From: Lentisphaeria bacterium
Lineage (GTDB): Bacteria > Verrucomicrobiota > Lentisphaeria > Victivallales > Victivallaceae
Direction of reading: 5' to 3'
NCBI GenBank assembly: GCA_900768505.1
Contig: CAAGED010000012.1
Coordinates: forward strand, 44,062-108,061
Length of the DNA stretch: 64,000 nt
Shown here: piece by piece, positions 59,318-64,000 of the stretch
Layout of the letters: the number at the start of each line of letters is the position of its first letter
Numbering within the stretch: position 1 is the stretch's first letter
Position numbers and translations under genes: made by a program
Notes under the pieces: model-generated
Seen by the model: only the letters and a program-made list of their open reading frames with translations
The model's database searches: none
Told to the model about the DNA's origin: nothing

Positions 59318-61768
59318 TTATATCAAATCAACTTCCCAATTCATAAACGCCCGATCCGGCTCAATCAAATTGTCGAATTCCAGACGATATGCCTGAGGAT
59401 CATTCGTCTTTGCACTGGGCGATAAAGTAATATACATAAACGAATAAAACGGAACGCCCTGATAATATAAATCGCCCAAGTGCAGACTGCGCAAGGCCAA
59501 TTTATGATGTCCGGCTCCTAATACATCCCGTAAATTAGTCGGCTTGGACTCCTCTCCCGGCCAAATAAAATCGGGACGCTTCGTGGGTTCGGTTTGGAAA
59601 CCATTCTTGCCAATCCAGCCCACATGAACAAATTCGCCATCCACATACTTGCCCAATTCAAACTGGTTATCGTACAAATCCCATACCATCGACTCTTCGT
59701 AATTATAAACCAATTCCGGCACGCTGGCAGAGAGATAAAGCTCCTTCCACTGCGGCGGATTCTTACGCAAACGCAGCTGCTCACTGGTATTTTTTTCCCA
59801 AGCTACCCCCTCGGCTCCGGTGACAGGATAAGCCTTTTCGAAGGCGGCGATTTTTTCGTTAAACTTATCATCTTCCGTCGGATCTGACACAAAGTAGAAC
59901 CCGCCTACACCATACCCCTCAACGTCCAGCTTCAACTCCTCAAGTTTAGCGGCAACCGCCTTACCGGGACTCTTCACCCGAGGTTGCAACGCCACACCGC
60001 TGACATCCCCATTGCAACGAAAATTAGCCTTAACCCAATCAACCTTAACCTGCAGCGACTTATTTTCCGCCGAGAAATTTGCCAACACCAGCAATGCCTT
60101 CCGGCCGTCCGGCGAAATCATCAGATAATGGCCGGTCTCCCGATCACTGCCGGAAAAAATACTGCATGAATTGTAATCATTATATACCGATACATCCCGC
60201 TCATCCTTGAAAAACTTCCACAATTTCCACAACGGGCGGAAGTTTACATCATTCACCCCCGGTTCCGGCGGATGCGACAATGAGGAGGTGGGAAACTGCA
60301 CCCCCAAGGTGGAGTGCGGAGTCTGCCCTGCCGCGGCCAAAAACGGAATCATCTGCGGACTGCTGTATTCAGGAAAAGCCGCCGTCCACATTGATCCAGG
60401 ACAAACTGACGCCATTGAAAAGTAGAGATGTTCCCGCCGTCCCTTGATCAATAACCCACGCTCCCCTTCGCCGGAGACGTAACCGTCCAAATTATCCCCG
60501 ACCATCCCCAATGCCGAAAACATCGGTCCGGTATGTCCGTAAAATACTCCGTCACGACCTACCGTCTCCCGCAATTTTTTCAGGCACTGATAATGGCGGC
60601 GGAAGCAGATACGCCCGGAGTGATAATATTCATCCGGTGGCGTCGCATGGTGAAACGGGCCGCCGTAATCCATGTAAAGCCCGTCAAAATTCTGCTTCAA
60701 TTCATTGTAAAACCATTCGCAGGCGTAATGAACGGCGGAGTCTTCATTGCCCCGCATATAAGTGGCAACCCGAATCCCGTTATTCCGAGCCTGGGCAACA
60801 AAATCGGCGAAGCGCTTCTGATCATAAGGTACACCGCCATTCTGAATATCCATCCGCCAGTTTTCGTGAATAATCACCAAATCTGCTCCGGCATCCGCAA
60901 TTCCCTGCATGGCCTGACAACTGGGATAATGTTTGGCATTGTCAAAATAATGATACATGGTCAATGGCGGCAGATGGCGACGCCGGGCGGCCGGCACAAT
61001 GCACCAGCCAAAATAATTACGCCACTGCCAAGGACGATTGCGGCAACTGCGCTGAATTTTTTGAAAATTCCAGGACAAATCAACATTCTCCCCGTTCCAC
61101 TTGACACTGCTGCAATTATCATCCTTGCAATTGGATAAGACGTTGTCGCCCTCAACAAAAAATTCCGCATAAAGCGACGGACCGTCAGCCGTGGCGCAAT
61201 TGAATCCGACCAAGGGGAAAATTCCACATTCGATTTCACGGTTTTCCCCCCTGTTGAGAAAACGCTCCGGCGCGGACGTCTGAATAATGGTGCCGTCAAT
61301 CGCCCGCGGCCGGTAGCACAAACTCCAATTAACCTGGTCAAACTGCTGAAGCTGCAACGGCATTTTCAATTCAAAACGTTTAATTTCCGGGCAAATACTC
61401 TTTACCGCCTCAAAAATAACGTACGTGAAAAGTGTTCCGTCGGAAAATATTTCATACTGCAGTGAGATGAAAAAATCCTCCATCACTTTGCCATCTTGAT
61501 CCTTGAACCCCATCCGGTCAAAATTCAGGTAAGTAGCCCCCTTGCGGTCATTCAAATGAATGTAACTTGCCGCCACCTGAGTTGTCGTAAGCGTGCGACC
61601 GTCAGCCAAATCAATCTCCAGAAAACTTTTTTCACCTTTAAAAAGTTCCGGAGTTACACCATCAAAATCATTTACCCTCACCAAAGTCGGAAATCCGCCG
61701 CCAGCCTCGGAAAATTCAATGCTCAATGGCCCCTTGACCAACTTCACCGGGAAACTAAGCTCCGCCAT
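59318..61768 (-). CDS. Hypothetical 816-aa protein with a putative TIM-barrel glycoside-hydrolase-like central region
   Basis: A long ORF with no signal peptide. The central segment DLVIIHENWRMDIQNGGVPYDQKRFADFVAQARNNGIRVATYMRGNEDSAVHYACEWFY...GLYMDYG resembles glycosidase-like (beta/alpha)8 families. The assignment is weak. Confidence 0.45.
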   Translation of the reverse strand: MAELSFPVKLVKGPLSIEFSEAGGGFPTLVRVNDFDGVTPELFKGEKSFLEIDLADGRTLTTTQVAASYIHLNDRKGATYLNFDRMGFKDQDGKVMEDFFISLQYEIFSDGTLFTYVIFEAVKSICPEIKRFELKMPLQLQQFDQVNWSLCYRPRAIDGTIIQTSAPERFLNRGENREIECGIFPLVGFNCATADGPSLYAEFFVEGDNVLSNCKDDNCSSVKWNGENVDLSWNFQKIQRSCRNRPWQWRNYFGWCIVPAARRRHLPPLTMYHYFDNAKHYPSCQAMQGIADAGADLVIIHENWRMDIQNGGVPYDQKRFADFVAQARNNGIRVATYMRGNEDSAVHYACEWFYNELKQNFDGLYMDYGGPFHHATPPDEYYHSGRICFRRHYQCLKKLRETVGRDGVFYGHTGPMFSALGMVGDNLDGYVSGEGERGLLIKGRREHLYFSMASVCPGSMWTAAFPEYSSPQMIPFLAAAGQTPHSTLGVQFPTSSLSHPPEPGVNDVNFRPLWKLWKFFKDERDVSVYNDYNSCSIFSGSDRETGHYLMISPDGRKALLVLANFSAENKSLQVKVDWVKANFRCNGDVSGVALQPRVKSPGKAVAAKLEELKLDVEGYGVGGFYFVSDPTEDDKFNEKIAAFEKAYPVTGAEGVAWEKNTSEQLRLRKNPPQWKELYLSASVPELVYNYEESMVWDLYDNQFELGKYVDGEFVHVGWIGKNGFQTEPTKRPDFIWPGEESKPTNLRDVLGAGHHKLALRSLHLGDLYYQGVPFYSFMYITLSPSAKTNDPQAYRLEFDNLIEPDRAFMNWEVDLI

Positions 61769-61818
61769 TTATTCACCTTTTCCTTTGTTTATCTTAATAC
61801 TACTCAGTATACCAATTT

Positions 61819-62364
61819 TCACTTCTGAATCAAAATCCAAATTCCGCCATACAACAAAACCGCTGCAAAAAATATAAAATACCCCAGCGTCAGATATTTC
61901 AAATAACCATGTGATGCCATACCCCGCAATAACTCCCTGCTCCAGCAGGGTTTACCGCCAATGCAAACACCGACTATCCCCATAATATAACAGCAAAGCG
62001 TCAGTATTCCCAGCAACGGAAAATGCGTTACAAATCCCCAATGCGGCCAATGGCAAGCCAGCAGAATAAACCATCCTGCCAAAGCTCGGCCGAAGAGAAA
62101 ATCAATGTAGTAAAAGCTCAAAATTGCAATCAACGCCGCCGCCGGCCACAAATACGGCACCATCCAGTCAAAAACCACTACTTCGGCCAGCGGCACACAC
62201 CAAATCAGTGCGCCGGCTCCTAAAATCATCCCCCAGAAACGGTTGCGCATAATTTTTTCATATTTGGGCAGTCGGGTCGGATTAAGTCGCAGCAGAAAAA
62301 ATATTCCGGCCGCCAGCACACAAACGCCTGCCAACATTGAACTTGCGTAAATTTTTAAATCCAT
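61819..62364 (-). CDS. Hypothetical integral membrane protein (about 5 TM helices)
   Basis: 181 aa, very hydrophobic (MDLKIYASSMLAGVCVLAAGIFFLL...). Confidence 0.45.
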   Translation of the reverse strand: MDLKIYASSMLAGVCVLAAGIFFLLRLNPTRLPKYEKIMRNRFWGMILGAGALIWCVPLAEVVVFDWMVPYLWPAAALIAILSFYYIDFLFGRALAGWFILLACHWPHWGFVTHFPLLGILTLCCYIMGIVGVCIGGKPCWSRELLRGMASHGYLKYLTLGYFIFFAAVLLYGGIWILIQK

Positions 62365-62383
62365 AAGGTTATCCGCCGCTCCA

Positions 62384-63262
62384 TCATTTTGTATTTATTT
62401 GCGTGCGTTCCCGCACAAATTCATCAATTATCCGCCTGGCAATACTGCCGACCTTGGGAATAAGCGGCAGATTGTCATAACGGTAAAATTTTGCATCGGA
62501 AATCTCCACCTTATCCGGTGCGACCACGCCGTCATCATAATCAGCCCAAAATCCAGCCATCAACACACTGGGGTACGGCCAGCATTGACTGCTGAAATAA
62601 CGGATGTTTTTTACCGACACGCCAATCTCCTCCTTGATTTCCCGACTCACCGCCTGCTCCATATTTTCGCCAATTTCCACAAACCCCGAAATCAAACCAT
62701 ACATGTCAGCGACAAAATTATTATTGTGAGCCAGCAGAATTTCATCCCCCCGGACAATGGCAGTGATTACTGCGATGGAAATTTCCGGGTAAAATACTTC
62801 TCCACAATTCGGACAAATCATGGCAATTTCATTCTCAGAAAGCTGATTTTTGCCGCCGCAAACGCCGCAGTACTGACGCCTTCTCCACCAATGCTGCAAC
62901 TCATGACCGCGAATCAGTGCCGCCATTTCATCCAAACTCAGCTTCGCCATAAACGAGCGCATTTCCAACCAGTCCGCCTGACAACCGTCCACAATTTCCT
63001 CCCGGAAATTCTGCTGCCGCGCTCCGTCAATCAAATAACACCGCCTCCCGGACAATTCACCCACCCGGAAAATCCGCTGATTAATCAATTTTGACCAGTT
63101 CAACGCCTTAAGTTCCGGCAAGCGCACCTCGCCATTCGGAGAGCGAACCGCCAAAAAACTGCGGCCGTCAAAAATCATCACCGCACCGTCAATCTTCCCC
63201 AATTCACTGGGATCGTCAATCTCCATATTATAAACTTTTCCCGCCGGAACAAATTTATTCAT
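62384..63262 (-). CDS. nudC: NAD+ diphosphatase (NADH pyrophosphatase) NudC
   Basis: 292 aa. The zinc ribbon is CGVCGGKNQLSENEIAMICPNCGEVFYP, and the Nudix box is GFVEIGENMEQAVSREIKEEIGV. Confidence 0.8.
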   Translation of the reverse strand: MNKFVPAGKVYNMEIDDPSELGKIDGAVMIFDGRSFLAVRSPNGEVRLPELKALNWSKLINQRIFRVGELSGRRCYLIDGARQQNFREEIVDGCQADWLEMRSFMAKLSLDEMAALIRGHELQHWWRRRQYCGVCGGKNQLSENEIAMICPNCGEVFYPEISIAVITAIVRGDEILLAHNNNFVADMYGLISGFVEIGENMEQAVSREIKEEIGVSVKNIRYFSSQCWPYPSVLMAGFWADYDDGVVAPDKVEISDAKFYRYDNLPLIPKVGSIARRIIDEFVRERTQINTK

Positions 63263-64000
63263 TTACCAGCTACCTCCCGGAAGTTATAAAATTTCATGGC
63301 GTTGGCAGTAGTTTGCGCCGCCACCGAATCCAGAGATTTGCCCAATTCGAAAGCCACCCGCACCGCCGTTTTAATGGTGTAACTAGGATGATTTGGCTTA
63401 CCGCGAAACGGTACCGGCGACAAATATGGTGAATCACTCTCCAGCAGCAGACGGTCGAATGGAATGATTTTCAAATTATCCCGCACATTGCCCGCCTTGT
63501 TGAAAGTCACAATTCCAGTTACCCCCAGGTAGCCGCCCAACTCCAAAAATTTTTCACCCCACGCCGCCGTGCCAGTGAAACAATGCACCACGAAGCGGCC
63601 GCCCGCCGCAGAAAAATCCTTCAGCATTGCATAACAATCTTCGTAGGCGTCAAATTTTTCATCCTTATCTCGACAATGTACAATTGCCGGCAAATTCCAC
63701 TCCAGAGCCAGTGCCAGAAAGGATTCAAAAACCTCCCGCTGCACCTTGCGCTCCCCTGCCTCATAATAATAATCCAATCCCAGCTCACCCACCGCTGCCA
63801 GCTTGGGAGCATGACGGAATATCTCAAACTCCCGTACCTGCTCCCGGCCGATCGCCGATTGGGGGTGAACTCCGGCGGCAAAAACAGAATTCTCAATGGC
63901 CTGCGCGAACGTCTGGGCTTTTAAACTTTCTTCAAAATTGCCGCCAACCGCCATCATATACAAATTAAAATCGCTCTTAACCAAGGCGCAAAATGCTTCC
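63259..64000 (-). CDS. TatD-family metal-dependent hydrolase (DNase). Only the C-terminal part is in the window; the N-terminus lies beyond 64000.
   Basis: VHCRDKDEKFDAYEDCYAML, LGGYLGVTGIVTF and LLESDSPYLSPVPFRGKPNHP are typical of the TatD C-terminal half. No HxH N-terminal motif is present before the window end. The stop overlaps the nudC start by 4 nt. Confidence 0.8.
   Translation of the reverse strand, partial: EAFCALVKSDFNLYMMAVGGNFEESLKAQTFAQAIENSVFAAGVHPQSAIGREQVREFEIFRHAPKLAAVGELGLDYYYEAGERKVQREVFESFLALALEWNLPAIVHCRDKDEKFDAYEDCYAMLKDFSAAGGRFVVHCFTGTAAWGEKFLELGGYLGVTGIVTFNKAGNVRDNLKIIPFDRLLLESDSPYLSPVPFRGKPNHPSYTIKTAVRVAFELGKSLDSVAAQTTANAMKFYNFREVAGK

Overview
This 64 kb window is bacterial, uses the standard genetic code, and is about 50% GC with AT-rich intergenic regions. 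It encodes anaerobe-type enzymes: a single-chain pyruvate:ferredoxin oxidoreductase and a radical SAM enzyme. It has three parts. (1) Positions 1-20429 carry one giant minus-strand ORF, adhesin-like with a DUF4347-like N-terminal domain followed by GGAIY/beta-helix repeats. Its stop lies beyond the left edge of the window, so it is absent from the supplied ORF track. Every plus-strand ORF listed in that region is an antisense artefact. (2) Positions 20.7-27.3 kb hold an accessory secretion-like cluster. A TolC-like outer-membrane lipoprotein sits directly upstream of the giant gene. It is divergent from an operon of two HlyD-family membrane-fusion proteins plus an unusual peptidase-M50(site-2 protease)::HlyD fusion. 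No inner-membrane transporter or ATPase is present. (3) Positions 28-64 kb are largely housekeeping and often translationally coupled. Genes include GT2, rsmA, an FmdB-like zinc ribbon, two NUDIX hydrolases, an AmrS-like radical SAM, tRNA-Lys(UUU), rpmB, hpt, guaB, an ABC ATPase, a TPR protein, mutL, serC, an archaeal-type purO, uvrD, an AXE1-family esterase, uppP, PFOR, YkgJ, hslO, an ECF sigma factor, nudC and TatD. Interspersed are a tightly coupled three-gene minus-strand operon of unknown function (39.7-43.5 kb), a 29-aa Lys/Arg-rich micro-ORF with its own promoter and terminator, about 58-nt tandem repeats after uvrD, and several clean rho-independent terminators. Caveat: in at least two places (around 13.3-13.5 kb and 42.18 kb) the protein strings in the ORF track cannot be derived from the printed nucleotides without a 1-nt indel, so coordinates I derived myself may be off by 1.
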